NCBI RefSeq assembly: GCF_009914755.1
Contig: NC_060936.1
DNA length: 64,000 bases
Direction: 5' to 3' (one strand)
From: the human T2T-CHM13v2.0 reference genome, Homo sapiens
The notes below the pieces were generated by a model. It worked only from the letters and a program-made list of their open reading frames with translations. It had not been told where the DNA came from and ran no database searches. Both the position numbers and the translations under genes were made by a program. Shown here piece by piece: positions 1 to 14,025 of this stretch (its first letter is position 1; each line of letters opens with the position of its first letter).

Positions 1-180
1 TCTAGGAAAGATTTCTTTAAGCTAGAATTGATAGAACACCTGATAAGAGGATTTAGACAATTGGTGGAGGGCTTGAAGTCAGCTGGATTAGTGATAATTA
101 CATGGAAAACTAAACAAAATAAACAATTGTGGACTCTGAGGAAGTAAAAATTGTGTTTAAAAGTGAAAGCAATTCTCTCA

Positions 181-533
181 GTCACTTAGTCAATTCAGGC
201 TGCCATAACAAACTACCATAGCCTGGGTGGCTTATAAACAATAGAAGTTTATTTCTCACGTTTCTGGAGGCTGGGAAGTCCAAGATCAAGGTGCCAGCAG
301 ATTTGGTGTTTGGTGAGGGCTCACTCCCTGATTCACTGATGGTTGTCTTTTTGCTGTAATCTCACACAGTTACTCTCTGGAGCCTTTCTTATAATGGCAC
401 TAATCCCATTCATGAAGGCTCAGCCCTCATGACCTAATCACCTCCCATAAGTCCCCACCTCCTCATACCATTGTATTGGAGGTTGGGATTTAACATAAAA
501 ATTTTGGGAGGACATGAACATTCAGTCTGTGGC
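181..533 (-). mobile_element. MaLR solo LTR (MLT1A/MST-like)
   Basis: Antisense MaLR hallmarks: gctgccataacaaaactaccatagcctgggtggcttataaac, ctggaggctgggaagtccaagatcaaggtgccagcag, catgacctaatcacctccc, acattcagtctgtggca. Confidence 0.85.
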
Positions 534-869
534 AGCAATCATAATACATTCTATATCTCAGCTGTGAATAGCATTTGTATAACCACAACAGTCTAACAAT
601 TGAGTATTGATAAAACCAAAATTAAATATTTTGGGTGGATAGCAAGATGGTAAAAGTGTAAGGGATGAAAGGTGGGAGTAAAGGCGGGGGTTTAAAAGAG
701 CAAAATATTCATCATCTATTATGATAAGTTAACAAATACACTTGAATATATTATATGTAAATCAATATATATTAATATAAGCAATGTCTATTATATATGT
801 ATTATATAATATATGCCTATAATATATACAATGTAAATATGTGTATTATATACGTGTATATGTATTATA

Positions 870-1319
870 CAGTTGAACTTTGAACAACATGGATTTGAAC
901 TGTGAGGGTCCACTTATACACAGATTTTCTTCTACCTCTGCCACCCCTGAGACAGCAATACCAACCCGTCCTCTTCTTCCTCCTCCTCAGCCTACTCAAT
1001 GTGAAGACCATGAAGATGAAAACCTTTCTGATAATCCACTTCCCCTTCATAAATAGTAAATTTATTTTCTCTTCCTTATGATTTTCCTAATAATATGTTT
1101 TTTTCTCTAGCTTACTTTGCGGTAAGGATACAGTATATAATACATATACCATACAAAATATGTGTTAATTGGCTGTTTTCTGTTATCGATAAAGCTTCTT
1201 TCTGGTTATCAGTAGGTTATTAATAATTAAGCTCTTGGGTAAGCAAAAGTAATACTCAGATTTTTGACTGTGCAGGGGGGTCAGTGCCCCTAACTCCTGT
1301 ATTGTTCAAGAGTCAATTG
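870..1319. mobile_element. Tigger2a-like non-autonomous TcMar DNA transposon
   Basis: Terminal inverted repeats cagttgaactttgaacaaca ... attgttcaagagtcaattg, preceded by TA, ~450 bp; internal gggtccacttatacacagatttt. Confidence 0.85.
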
Positions 1320-1362
1320 TGTGTGCGTGTGTGTGTGTGTGTGTGTGTATTGTGTGTATGTG
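1320..1362. repeat. (TG)n microsatellite
   Basis: Direct reading. Confidence 0.9.
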
Positions 1363-1502
1363 TAAAAGAATAGCTGCCTATGGGCAGGGAGAAATTGATG
1401 AGAGGAGGTGGGGAGGGTAAGGGTTACTAATTTTAATAACCTGCTTTATGATATTATTTGGTTCTTTAAATGATGTGCAGATATAACTGCTAAAACAAAA
1501 TT

Positions 1503-1658
1503 CTTTTTATTTATTTAAATTTTTATTTATTTTTTTTAAAATGAAATGGGGTCTTGCTGTGTTGCCCAGGCTGATCTTGGACTCCTGGGCTCAAGCAATC
1601 CTCCTGTCTCGACCTCCCAAAGTACTGGGATTACAGTTGTGAGCCACCGCACCTGGCC
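1503..1658 (-). mobile_element. Alu monomer (FLAM_C-like)
   Basis: T-rich tail then a single arm ggggtcttgctgtgttgcccaggctg...gagccaccgcacctggcc. Confidence 0.85.
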
Positions 1659-2234
1659 AAAGTGGAAAGAACGTGAACACTTGATTCAAAATTCTTTAAA
1701 ATGTTTAGACCATGCATAGCTGTAGGCAGAAGGTCCGTGCCCCCTCATGGACCTTGGGTAGAAATTCAGAGGAAGTATTGGGACTATGAAGAAATCAAGT
1801 ATCTGGAAATAAGAAGTCATTTGCCAAGCTATTGAGCAGGGATGTCTGGCAAAGGGATCAGGGACCAAAAAAAGGTAGATTTGGGGACCATGTGAACATT
1901 CTTTTTAAAAAATTCTTTATGCAGTGTATCCTCTTACATGTGAACATTCTTTAAGGCAGCTTGGAAATGATATGGAGAGGAAAACCAGTTGAAGAGTGAA
2001 TTTCTGTGGTGTTCAGGATTGTGGCACTCAGAATGGCACCTAGAATAGTACCTTGTTATTTGAGAATTAAAAAGGGAATCTATGAAGCCTGGAGAACATG
2101 TGTATATCTGGATTACATGCCTAAATAGCTAACATTATCTAGATCTAATTACTTTACAAATTATACAGCATATTGCAATATATTACATACCACACTGCCC
2201 TACAATATATTATATAGCATATCTTAATACTTGA

Positions 2235-2612
2235 TGCTATGGCTTGAATGTTTGTCCTCATGTTGAAATTCACTTGCCATTGTAATAGTATTAAGAGGTA
2301 GAACTTTTAAAAGGTGATTAGGCCATGGGGGCTTTCCTCTTATGAATGGATTAATGCCATTATCATGGAAGTGGATTCATTATAGCAGGAGTGGTTTCTT
2401 TATAAAAGGGTGAGTTTGGCCCCCTTTTCTTTCTCTCTTTCTTACCTTTTCTCACCCTCTCATCTTCCACCATGGGACAACACAACAAGAAGGCCCTCAC
2501 CAGACCCTGGATCCTTGATCTTCGACTTCCCAGCCCTCAGAACTATGGGAAAATAATTTTCTATTCTCTGTAATTACCCAGGCTCAGATATTTTGTTATA
2601 GCAGCACAAACG
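2235..2612 (+). mobile_element. MaLR solo LTR (MST-like)
   Basis: Starts tgctatggcttgaatgtttgtc; cttgatcttcgacttcccagcc; ends ttttgttatagcagcacaaac. Confidence 0.85.
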
Positions 2613-4092
2613 ATACCATGGCATTTGTGTATGTTGGTTGACATTCTGTATGCAAATACTCATGCCTCTAAGGTTGCCCAGCTCATAGTGGTGTCTTTCC
2701 ACCAAGCTTCAGGCCACTTAGCACATAGATGGCTATTGACAATTCCACTCATTGATAAAGAGGAGCTTTTGGTTGTTCATTAATTAGTACTCAAGGCAAG
2801 TGTGTCTATTTTATGTAAATGTAATTTAAATTCCAATCAACTCTTCTATTTTAGCATGGAGTTATTTATGCCAAAGTACGAGCACATTACAGGGTAAGGA
2901 TGCACTCTAGGGATACAGGGCCAATCTGCTTAGCTTGGGAAAAATGAGAGTTATACAGCCTTGGAAATTGCTGCCCAGGGTTAGCTGCCCACCAGAATTA
3001 TAAACAGGCTTTATCCTCCACCAGCACTTAACTAGTGAGTAAGGCAAGAATGTGTGTATACAATTCCCTCACATCCTCTCTCCCCATTATAACCAGAATG
3101 GGAGGATTAAATAGCATGAAAACATGGAGTGATGCATCAAGGTGTTATTTATTTAATGCACTTACATTCATATCTATAATATCATTGATTCTCATATTCC
3201 TTTTATCAACAGTATTAATACTTCAACCAGGGTTTTAGGTTTTAGGAAATGTGGACTCTATTCCTCTATTCCTAGTTCTGCCATTCTGCCACTAGCTAGC
3301 TGAGTTAGAGTACAGTGAACTGGAAGGTATCCAGAAGTCCTTTCATCTCTGATATTCTGTGAGCAACGTCCCTTATCTCATTTAAGAGCTCACAACCATT
3401 TGGACTTAAGGTTTCATGACTTGCTTAAGACCACACAGCTAAGAGATGAGAAGCACAGCATGTGCTAAAGCCAAGCTCTCCAACGACGGCTCCAGAACTC
3501 TTCTCATTATCATTACCTTACAGAGAAGGAATGGAAATGGAAAGACACATGCTTCACTATCTGTGGTACCTTCTCATGCCTCACTGAAAGAACTTACTGT
3601 CTCCCATGTCAAAGATATAGTGTACAAAGGTAGCAGCAGAGGGGTTCACTTATTCACTCAACATGTGTTCATTTAGAAAAGTAGGAATTGGTTATCTGTT
3701 CTGATTTGAGTATCATGCCAGGTCATCACCTGGGCTCACAGTCTAGTGAGATAGAAAAATAAACAATGTGAAAAGGGCCGTGATAAAGGGAAGCACAGGC
3801 TGCAGGAAATGCTGAATTTCTGGGCATCTCTCTCAGGAGATGCCATAAGCTGGGAGATTTTTTAATTGACTTGCAGCAACTTTGTGAGGAAGCCCACAAG
3901 TGGTGAGCAGAGAAGAAGGTAGATGGAAAGACCTTTTGTGACTCATGGCTGCTATCATGATGCTGTCCGGACAGCTCCAAGAGGCCCCCCATTCCGTGTG
4001 TATAGGTGTTCCTCAAATAACAGGGTGGTTCTGACATGCAAAAGGTTCTTCTTTGATCACCGAAGGCTGGAAAACCTCATTCTCTGGAGTCA

Positions 4093-4790
4093 GTGTGTAT
4101 CAGTCAAAATAGGCTAGGTTATGCTGTGGTAACAAACAACTCCCCAGATATCAGTGGGTTAACACAGCAGAAGTTTATCTCATGTGGGCTGGTCAGAGTT
4201 ACGCTCATTATAGTCACTCAGGGACTGAGGCTGATAGATGCTTCACCTCTACACATTCTTCCAAAATTCCCAAAGAGAGAAAAATGGGATATGGTAACAC
4301 ATGTTGTTTCTTTTTTTTTTTTTTTTTTTGAGATGGAGTCTGGCTCTGTCACCCAGGCTGGAGTGCAGTGGCACCATCTCAGCTTACTGCAAGCTCTGCC
4401 TCCCGGGTTCACGCCATTCTCCTGCCTCAGCCTCCTGAGTAGCTGGGAATAAAGGCGCTCACCACCACGACCAGCTAATTTTTTCTGTATTTTTAGTAGA
4501 GATGGGGTTTCGCCATGTTAGCCAGGATGGTCTCGATCTCCTGACCTTGTGATCTGCTCGCCTTGGCCTCCCAGAGTGCTGGGATTACAGGCATGAGCCA
4601 CTGTGCCTGGCCCCGCATGCTGTTTCTTAAAGACTTCCACCTGTAAGTCATTTACTACACTCCCACTCACATTTCATTGCCTAAAGCAAGTCCCATGGTC
4701 ATGTCTAACTTTCAAGAGAGCAGGGAAGTATAATTCTACCATGTGTTGGGAAAGAGAGAAGAATTGGAATTTCTGTGAATATCCCTAAAA
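4093..4790 (-). mobile_element. Old MLT1 (J/K/L-type) LTR interrupted by an Alu
   Basis: tgtatcagtcaaaataggctaggttatgctgtggtaacaaacaac...; resumes after the Alu with catttcattgcctaaagcaagtcccatggtc. Confidence 0.65.
4311..4612 (-). mobile_element. AluY-like
   Basis: Full dimer with caagctctgcctcccgggttcacgccattctcc; TSD catgttgtttc / catgctgtttc. Confidence 0.95.
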
Positions 4791-5112
4791 CTAGCAGTGT
4801 TGTAAGAGTCTCCAGTTAAGTCCTCATCTTTTGGGGTTTCACACTGGTCTGTGAGCTCCTGGAGGACAAGATATACTGTTTGCATCTCTCTATTCCAAGG
4901 GCCTTGCACAATGCCTGGCATGGAATAGACTCTCAGTAGATGCCTGTTGGGTAAGTTAATAAGTGAAAGGACAAAGACTTTTTCCTAAAAGAAGAATCCC
5001 CCCACACCTGTGACCGTAAAAGTCTATACACCTTTCATATTTTTAAACTTGGCTTCAGGATCTGAGCTCCATACCTATGGTGCTCTTCTAAAATAGTTAG
5101 AAAGACACCTTG

Positions 5113-5404
<292 letters not shown>

Positions 5405-6824
5405 CTAGGAGACACAAGCTCAAGTAACTGTATTTTGAGCCTCACTGATGAATTTTGGGAATACAACCAGTCCAGCCCCTTGTGTTCAAGTCTAAGGGAG
5501 AGGCAGGGAAAAGGTGGGCAAGCAACACAACCCTTCCAAGTGATGAGCAGAGCACAGCCCCAGAAGAGCACCAAGGCTCCCAGATTATACTCCAAACATT
5601 GAGGAAAGTCAGTGGTGAAATCTGAATACAGGACCCTGGCTCTGTGTGACTAGACACCCTTAGAAACGCTCCTGGAATGAGATACTCTGATTTCCAAAGT
5701 AGCAATGCCAATGCCAAGTTTCTGGGCCTGGAGTAAAGGCCACAAAATCAAATAATATAGCTGCAAATTTAGAAGACAGCTAAGTCACTGGATGACTGCT
5801 AGATCATATCTACAGTGGCCACAAAAGTCACAAGAACAAGATGGGTAACAAACGGGCTATAATTTGGTATACTACTCATTCATCATTGTCCTTCATGTTC
5901 CAGCATCTGGCAGTGATTTCTATCTTTGTTGTGCTGCTGTAGACAAAAAGATTAGTGCATGACCATGGGTATGTACGCAATAAGACTGACAAAAACCTGT
6001 GTCTTGGGAGAAAGAACAGCATCACTCTGCTGTGTGCAGAGTGTAAACCTGAAGTGAGGCACAGGAGCCAAGCTGTCTCCCTTTGGTTATGTTTGTGGTG
6101 GGGTTGGCATACATGGGACAAATAACGCATGGCCTTTTCTCTGAGAGGAGAAATCTGGGGCTACCCTAGACTGAAAGATCGGGCAATTTATGGTCATCTT
6201 TTGCTGCTACCAGGGGCTGCAGGCTTCACCGGTGTAAGTAGCTTGTCTGTCTGCACACAGGTCTGCTGTGCACCTCTCAGGGGTTGGCTAATCATGGCAT
6301 CTGAAGTGGCAATCTGAAGTGCATGGGAACTGTTTAGGGTGGTAAGAGGATCAAGGCGGTGCACAAAGAGATGTGTGTAGTGATTTTCTTCCAACCAGTT
6401 TTCCCAAGCTGGGTCCGAGGGTGCTGGGAGTCTGCAACCTGAGAATGGGGGCATGTGTCCCTGGGGCAGTATCCCCCATCTTTCATCCAACAGGCTTGGC
6501 CGGGCTGCTTGGGCTAACTCCTGAGTGGCTTCCTTTTCGTATTCCTTATGGTCAGAGAGTAAAGATACTAAATGGACATTAGATCATTGGAGAACAGCAA
6601 CCTGTGACTGAGGGGTCACCTACAAAATCCTACCTGTTGCAACAAAAGCAATGTTAACTTCCTAACTTGATGAGCTCTCAGGATCTTAGAAGAAAATGAG
6701 GGTTTCAATTTCTTCTGAAGAAGGATAATTTTGTTAAATTGATTTGCTTTGAATGAGCCCTTGGGGATAATAGAGACTCTCATCCCAAACTAATTTATGA
6801 ATTTGATACAATAGCTCCTTCTTT

Positions 6825-7406
<582 letters not shown>

Positions 7407-9811
7407 CTAAGCACCATGGCACTTACCAAAGGTTAAGCTAAGTGGGACCATGGCAGTTAAGTTTGTGGCTCTTAACACATTTATATAGGTCAAGCGAGTT
7501 TGAGAGGAGCTGACAACTCAAAAGTTCTTCTCATTCCGTCTAACAGGAAGAACATGAAATCCTACCAGAGATACTTGTTTCTGCAGGTTGAGGCTTACAC
7601 ATCCAGGGGTTCCTAGTTAAAAGATCAATAGTCTGTGGAGATTACAGTTCAATTCTCTACATGGGTTTCCCACATGAAGAGGTGAGTTAAAACAGAGTGA
7701 ATTGCAAGACTCGTAGGTTGAGATGCCTTCTAGACAAAGGTAAAAATCATGAGTGTCTGGTTTAGAGAGGAGGAGCTAGGAAAATAGGTCAATTACAACT
7801 TTCATGTTCCCATGTTCCTGCCACCACCAGGGTCAACCTTGGAATTCAGTGTGTGGTAAACACACCAAGATAGATGTGCAGGCCTCTGGGACTCTTGTGG
7901 GTGGAGCCCTGCTTCCCCAGCCCACAGAGGCTGCCAGCCTATCAGAGGAGCCCATAATGAGTAAGGGGCATGCATGACAAGAGAAAGGGTGGAGCCAGCA
8001 CTGGGATTGGGGAGCTGGGTATGGTAGTTCTTTGGCAGGCATGATTTGTGTGTGACATGCCCGGGACTTGATAGTTCCCATAACCCCTGACAGAGAGTAT
8101 GACTAATAGGATAGGTAGACAACTCAAAGGAAGGGTGTGTTAGTTTCCCAGGGAGAGAATGTGGAGTTCATCATCTGTGGACTCTAGCAATGCCTCTAGC
8201 CAGAGTCAGAGGACAAGGTATGGACTGGGAGTGTGGCCTCACCCTCTGGCGACTAACATCACAGTGCTTTTTTAAATATTTGAAAACTTAGGTCCCCCCT
8301 ACCCACCTTGGGAATAGGAACGGAAAAGGGGAAGGAGGAAGAAATACTGACTGTCAGATGATCTTTACCCTAAAGGGATGAAATTTAACTAAAAGAGACT
8401 TTTAAACCAAAGGATGCTGAATTACTGTCAGTCGATAAATTTAAATTCCCCCACCCTCTCCCCACACCTCCATCACCAGGAATAGAGTCTTAAAAGTGGA
8501 AAATAAAGTTCTCTCCATATATGTCCACCCCCATCTGAATCATACTTTGATCTCCCTCTATGTATTAAACAAACATTTATTTCCAACATGTGCCAGACAC
8601 TGCCTTCCCTGGGGATACCCTGGAGAACAAGCCTGGCGTGATCTCAGCCCTCCTGGAGCCAGAAGTCTCCCTCTGGGCCTGGCTGTCATTGGAAAGGCAG
8701 TGGTCATCCCATTCACCCTGTACATGGGCCTTAAAGGAACCTACACTCTCTCTTCCACCATCACACAGCTCAAGCTGTCAGAGGCAGGCTCTTCATTTTC
8801 TCCTTCCAATCTTAGCACAACTTAGCTCCAGTCAGTAATAAACGCAGATGGCATCACATAGGTAGTTTCAGCCATGGCCTGTTGGTCACTGCATGGTTGC
8901 TTGATCTTCTCTCATCCCTTTAGAATTCAGAATGCTGGTAGGAAGACAGCTTCCTCCTGTCACTCTGACTGTCCTCCTTCCCAAAAAGTCACTTGTGTAG
9001 TACCGCCCACTCAAGCCAGATTTTTGAGTGCTATTATAACCACTTTAGATTGTACCAATGGGCTGTCAGATCCTTGATTCCAGCTTCTAAGTCTCTCCCA
9101 TATGCATATTTTCCTGGCCATTCCCACAGACACTGCCCACAATAGTCTCCTATTTGTTCCTCTGTCTCAGCACTGCCCCAACTGAAATCTGTCGGCCATG
9201 CTGGTAGCAGAATGCTTTTGTAGAAAATGCAATTCTAATAATGTTCCTCTTTTTTTTTTTTTTTAAAGCATTTAATGGTCCTCTATTGCCTCTATTGTCT
9301 TCTCTTCATTAGACAACCCCAACGGGAACTTCATCCTAGATGTGGAGTTCTTGCTGCTCCCCATTTGGATGAAGCTGCTTGAGTCTTCAGAGCTTGAGCT
9401 TGGCTTACCCCGCTGTGCTGTGAGATTCCTATTCATTCTTCAAGTCTCCTTTTCCGTCACTTTGCTGAAGTCCTCAGAGGGACCCACATCCTCTTCCCCA
9501 TCATCACACAGCTTGAGCTCTTAGAGGCAGGCTTTTCATTTTCTAGGAATCCCCTTTTCAAGCTTCACATAGCAATTTATGTTGCTAGAGCACTTACCAT
9601 ACTGGAGGGTCATTGTTTTTTAGTGTATCTCTCCCCTTGGACATCCATTCCTTCATTTGTTCTTTCAATTAATATTTGTTGAGGATGTACTATGTGCTAG
9701 GCATTGAGAAAACACAGTCCTAGTCTTTAAGGAGCTAATATTTTAGCAAAAATGGCACGTAATAAATTTATAAGGCACCATAGACTGAACATTTTGGGTC
9801 AGGGGTGATCT

Positions 9812-10166
9812 GCTATGGTCCAAATGTTTGTGCTTCCCCAAAGTTCATATGCTGAAACCTAATTCCCAATGTAATGTCATTAAGAGGGGGGGTCTTTGGG
9901 GGGTGATTAGGTCATGACGGTGAATACCAGATGAATGGGATTGGTGCCCTTATAAAGGAGGCCTGAGGGAGCTTTCTTACCCTTTCCATTTTGTGAGGGC
10001 ACAGCAAGAAAGCACCATCTATGAAGCAGAGTGGGCTCCCATCAAATCTGTTGGCATCTTGATCTTGGACTTCCCAGCCTCCAGAACTGCAAGAAGTACA
10101 TTTCTGTTGTTTATAAATTACCCATTCTAAGGTATTTTGTTATAGCAACCCAAATGGACTAAAGCA
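9812..10166 (+). mobile_element. MaLR solo LTR (MLT1A/MSTC-like) within L2 remnants
   Basis: tgctatggtccaaatgtttgtg ... cttgatcttggacttcccagcctccagaactg ... ttgttatagcaacccaaatggactaa; flanked by L2-like tail sequence (tgaatgaatgaatg at ~10240). Confidence 0.85.
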
Positions 10167-11366
10167 GGATCTTATTCATCTTTATGTCCCTGGTACTTAG
10201 CACATGCTTGGCACACATGTGTTCTCAATAATGCTTGTGAATGAATGAATGTATGTATGAAGCAGAATGTTATGGTATTGGCTGCACAAGAATGTAGAGA
10301 AATGCCTTTGATATTATTTGGTTTTGGTTCATCTAAAATTGTCTCCTTTTCTCAAAATGCTCTTCCATCTTCACTAGTAGAATTCTCACTTATATTCCCT
10401 TGCAGACTTTTTATCAAGTTCACCTTCTTTCCCCTTCCCTTGTGTCTCATTTTCTCGTCATTGTCCTTTCCCCTCATGACATTTGCTTCCTGGGAGATTT
10501 CTTATTTTTCTCCAGTCGAAAGCAAACTGTCAGCCTTTCTGGGGGAAAGAGTGGTGTCTCCTGTTGCTCTTTCCCTCTTATTTTGTAAGGATCAGATAGT
10601 CCTCATTATCACACACAATAGTATACTCACAACCAAGGTGGGGCAGAGCCACACTACTCTCATGTAACAGAATCTCATGAATTTCTGTTTCTCCAAAAGG
10701 CTCAGAGAAGACAAACATGATATTCACACACAGAGACTCACATGTCCCCCCAGATGGGAAATCTCATGGGTACATGTGCATGACAGCACATAGCCATGTG
10801 GAGTGGCCCACAGAGCCACAGTGCCACCCCCAGACCCTGGGACACACAGAAGCAGAATTCTGTCCGAGCCTCCTTTCTCCAGTCTCAGACTTCTCTGCAG
10901 CCTCCAGGGGCTTGCTAGTCTCCCTTCTCAACTTCAGACCTTCTTTGAACCCTCTCTTCGGTTTTCTCTCCCGATTCTTGGGTCAATAATCCTTCTTCAT
11001 TGGCAAGGTCCATACTGAGATAAAATCCATATCTGCTGATCCTTTTAACTGAGCTCTGTCACCCACCATTTCTTAAAAGTTGACTATGCACATCCCTACT
11101 CTGACACTGTGCCTTCCTATACACCTGTGAGGCCCCTTATCACTGTGGTCACCCACCCTACACTGTGGAGATCCTATACTGAGAGCAGGACACAGTTTTA
11201 TAGCCCCATCTCGGCTGTAAAAATGGACACATGACTTTTCTCAAGACATAGAGCTATGAATAGTTACTCCAGAAGTTTTCAGATAGGAGTAGAGAAAGAT
11301 GGCTAATCCTTTAAAAAATGATCTATTGGTAAACTTCATGTAAATATAATGTCCCCACAGGCATCT

Positions 11367-11715
11367 TGACTCAGTCAGAATGGGCTAGGTTATGTTGTGG
11401 TGGCAAACCCTCCCCGAATCTCAGTGGCTTACAGTAGCAAAGGTTTCTTTCTTACTCATTCTACTTGCTCACCACAGATTGACGATGATATGCTCCAAAC
11501 CATCTCCACTCTAGGGCCCAAGCCAACAGAGAAGCCTCTGGGTGGAACACTGAAAACCTCAGAGTAAAGAAAAGAGAGATCTTGGCAAAGCATAAGCCAG
11601 CTGTTGAAACTTCCCCCATGTTCGCTCACGTTTCATTAGCCAAAACAAAGGCACATGACCAAACCTGGTGGACATCCTGGGTGAGAAACAGCAAGTAATT
11701 TGGTTGTAATACAAT
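11367..11715 (-). mobile_element. Old MLT1 (J/K-type) LTR
   Basis: gggctaggttatgttgtggtggcaaac...ctcagtggcttacag; tttcattagccaaaacaaaggcacatgacc. Confidence 0.6.
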
Positions 11716-12617
11716 CTATCACATATTGGAAACTTAAACTATTCCTAAATAACTCATCCTCTTCCTCCTCCAAGCTATCTCTACCTTCACTCTGATTTGG
11801 GTGAACATCACCAGCATCCACTCAATCACATTTTCCCCAGGATGCTGCCAGAATTGTCTCTCTGATTCATACAATGACTCATAGAATATCCTTGCCTAAA
11901 ACCCTTTAGTACCTGTCCCTTGCTCACTGGATTCAGTCCCAGCTCCTCAGGATGGCCTATGTAGTTCTTCATAGCGGGGCTTCTGCCAAACTTTTATCTC
12001 CAGCTATGACTTCCTTACTACACCCTATGCTGCATCAAATCTAAATAACCTAAGACTGTCTTCAAAAATCCCATGTTCATGGCTTCATGCCCATTTTTGT
12101 CGTTCTTCCCTCAAAACCTGGTCTACTCTTCCTGTTATTAGCCTAGAAAAGCCTTCCCTGCCTTTGAACAATTGACACCTATATCACCTACACTACAAAA
12201 CTTTGGCTGTCATCCTGTATTCCCCAATGTCAGGGTCATATTACCCAAGTCCTGACAGCTGCCTTCTTTGTGCCTCTGCTGCATCTTACAGAATAGCAAC
12301 TTAAAAATTCTTTTTGATTGTGTCCAAGGGATAAAGTTGACATCACAACCCAGAGCCCAAATAACATACATACCTTATATGTATAAATGTGTATATGTAT
12401 GTATGTTTATATGTATACACATATATAGAGGTATGAGTATTAGGAAATAATATCAACCTTTATAACTTATGATAAATTTTACTTTTCATTGTTTTATTTT
12501 ATTCAGAAATGCTGCTAGGTCCTACCAAATTGGTTTCATGAATCACTAATGGGTCATGACCCACAGTTTGAAAATCATGGCTATAAAACATGGCTAGATT
12601 TTAAGAACATAGTCCTT

Positions 12618-12620
<3 letters not shown>

Positions 12621-12653
<33 letters not shown>
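12621..12653. repeat. poly(A) tract (~33 nt)
   Basis: Direct reading; lies in degenerate old L1-like sequence. Confidence 0.9.
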
Positions 12654-12655
<2 letters not shown>

Positions 12656-13847
12656 TACGAAGTAGATTGTGATTTGTAATTCAGTACCATTTATTTGAAT
12701 TAAAAATACATGCACACAGAGTAACAACACACATTTTGCAGGAACATACATAAAGGAAAAGCATACACTTTAAAATGGTTGTCTATGAGGCAGAGAGAAG
12801 AATGGCAAATGTGGTATAGAGATATAGAGGATAAATACATGAAAAAATGGACAAAGCAATCAACCAATTGATGGCAAGCCCTTGCAAGGACTGGGATAAT
12901 AACAAGTAGAGACTTTGTACCTAAGGTCCAAAAGAAACTAAAATAAGAATTCACTATTATGAACACTTATATTATAATATCTAAGATTTTAAAATTTGTC
13001 TTTGGTGTTCTGCAGTTTCATTAGGACATGTAGAATGTGGATTTATTTTTGTTTATCTTGTTTAGGGTGCATTTTACTTCCTGAATCTGTGGATTTATGT
13101 TTTTTAACAGTTCCGGAAAATCTCCAGGCATCAGCTCTTCAAATAATGCCTCTCTTTCATTCTCTCTATTCTCTTTCTTTGGGGCTCTGATCAGGCAGAC
13201 AGTAAATGTTCTCATCTCTCGTCTACATCACTGAACCTCTCATATTTTTCATTTCCTTAACTCTATATGGTATTTTACGGATAATCCTTTCTTATTTATA
13301 GTTTACTTATTCTGTACTTAGAGGTGTATAATCTACTGTGTATCATATCCTATGAGCCTTTTAAGAATTTTTTTCAACAATGGTATTTTTCATGTCTGAA
13401 GTCCTATTTGATTCTTCTGTGATCCCATCCTTTATTTCTATAAACATTTCATGCATAACTATTTCACATTCAGTATCTGACAATTCTGTATTGGACGTCT
13501 CTGGGGTCTAAATCTGTTATTTTTTGTTTCAGCTAAAGGTAGAATGACAAGTAGGATTGCCTGTGAATGACCCTAGATTCTCTGATTTGTCCAGCAATGA
13601 GGTAGCAGGGACCAGTGACTCCCCTTCTCCTGGCCAGAAGGGCTACAGCTTCCCTTGGGACCAGGGGTTACTTCTTCCCCTGAGATGTTCTCAATCCAGA
13701 GATGTTCCACTGAAATTGAACTTTTCAGAAACTGATGAGCTCTCAGGTTTGCAGGTACTAGGTACTGACATTTCTCAGCACTGCCCTAAACAGATAGCTC
13801 CTTAACTTCACCACTTGACTGCTTGGCACTTGAGTCCAAAATTCTTC

Positions 13848-14025
13848 TTTTAAATTTATCTTAAATTATTATGGATATATAATAGTTTACGTATTTGCAG
13901 GGTACATACGATATTTCCACACAAGCACACAGTGTGTATTGATCAAATCGTGGTAATTGGGGCATCTATTATCTCAAGCACTGATAATTTCTTTGTGTTA
14001 GGAACATTCCAATTCCATTCTTTCC
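13848..14025 (-). mobile_element. L1MA-type 3' end fragment
   Basis: gtgtattgatcaaatcgtggtaattggggcatctattatctcaagca...tttgtgttaggaacattcc. Confidence 0.7.

Noticed and set aside
12621-12653. Poly(A) as the tail of a retrocopy
   Set aside because: No upstream SINE or mRNA body and no TSD; looks like an expanded A-run in an old L1 relic.
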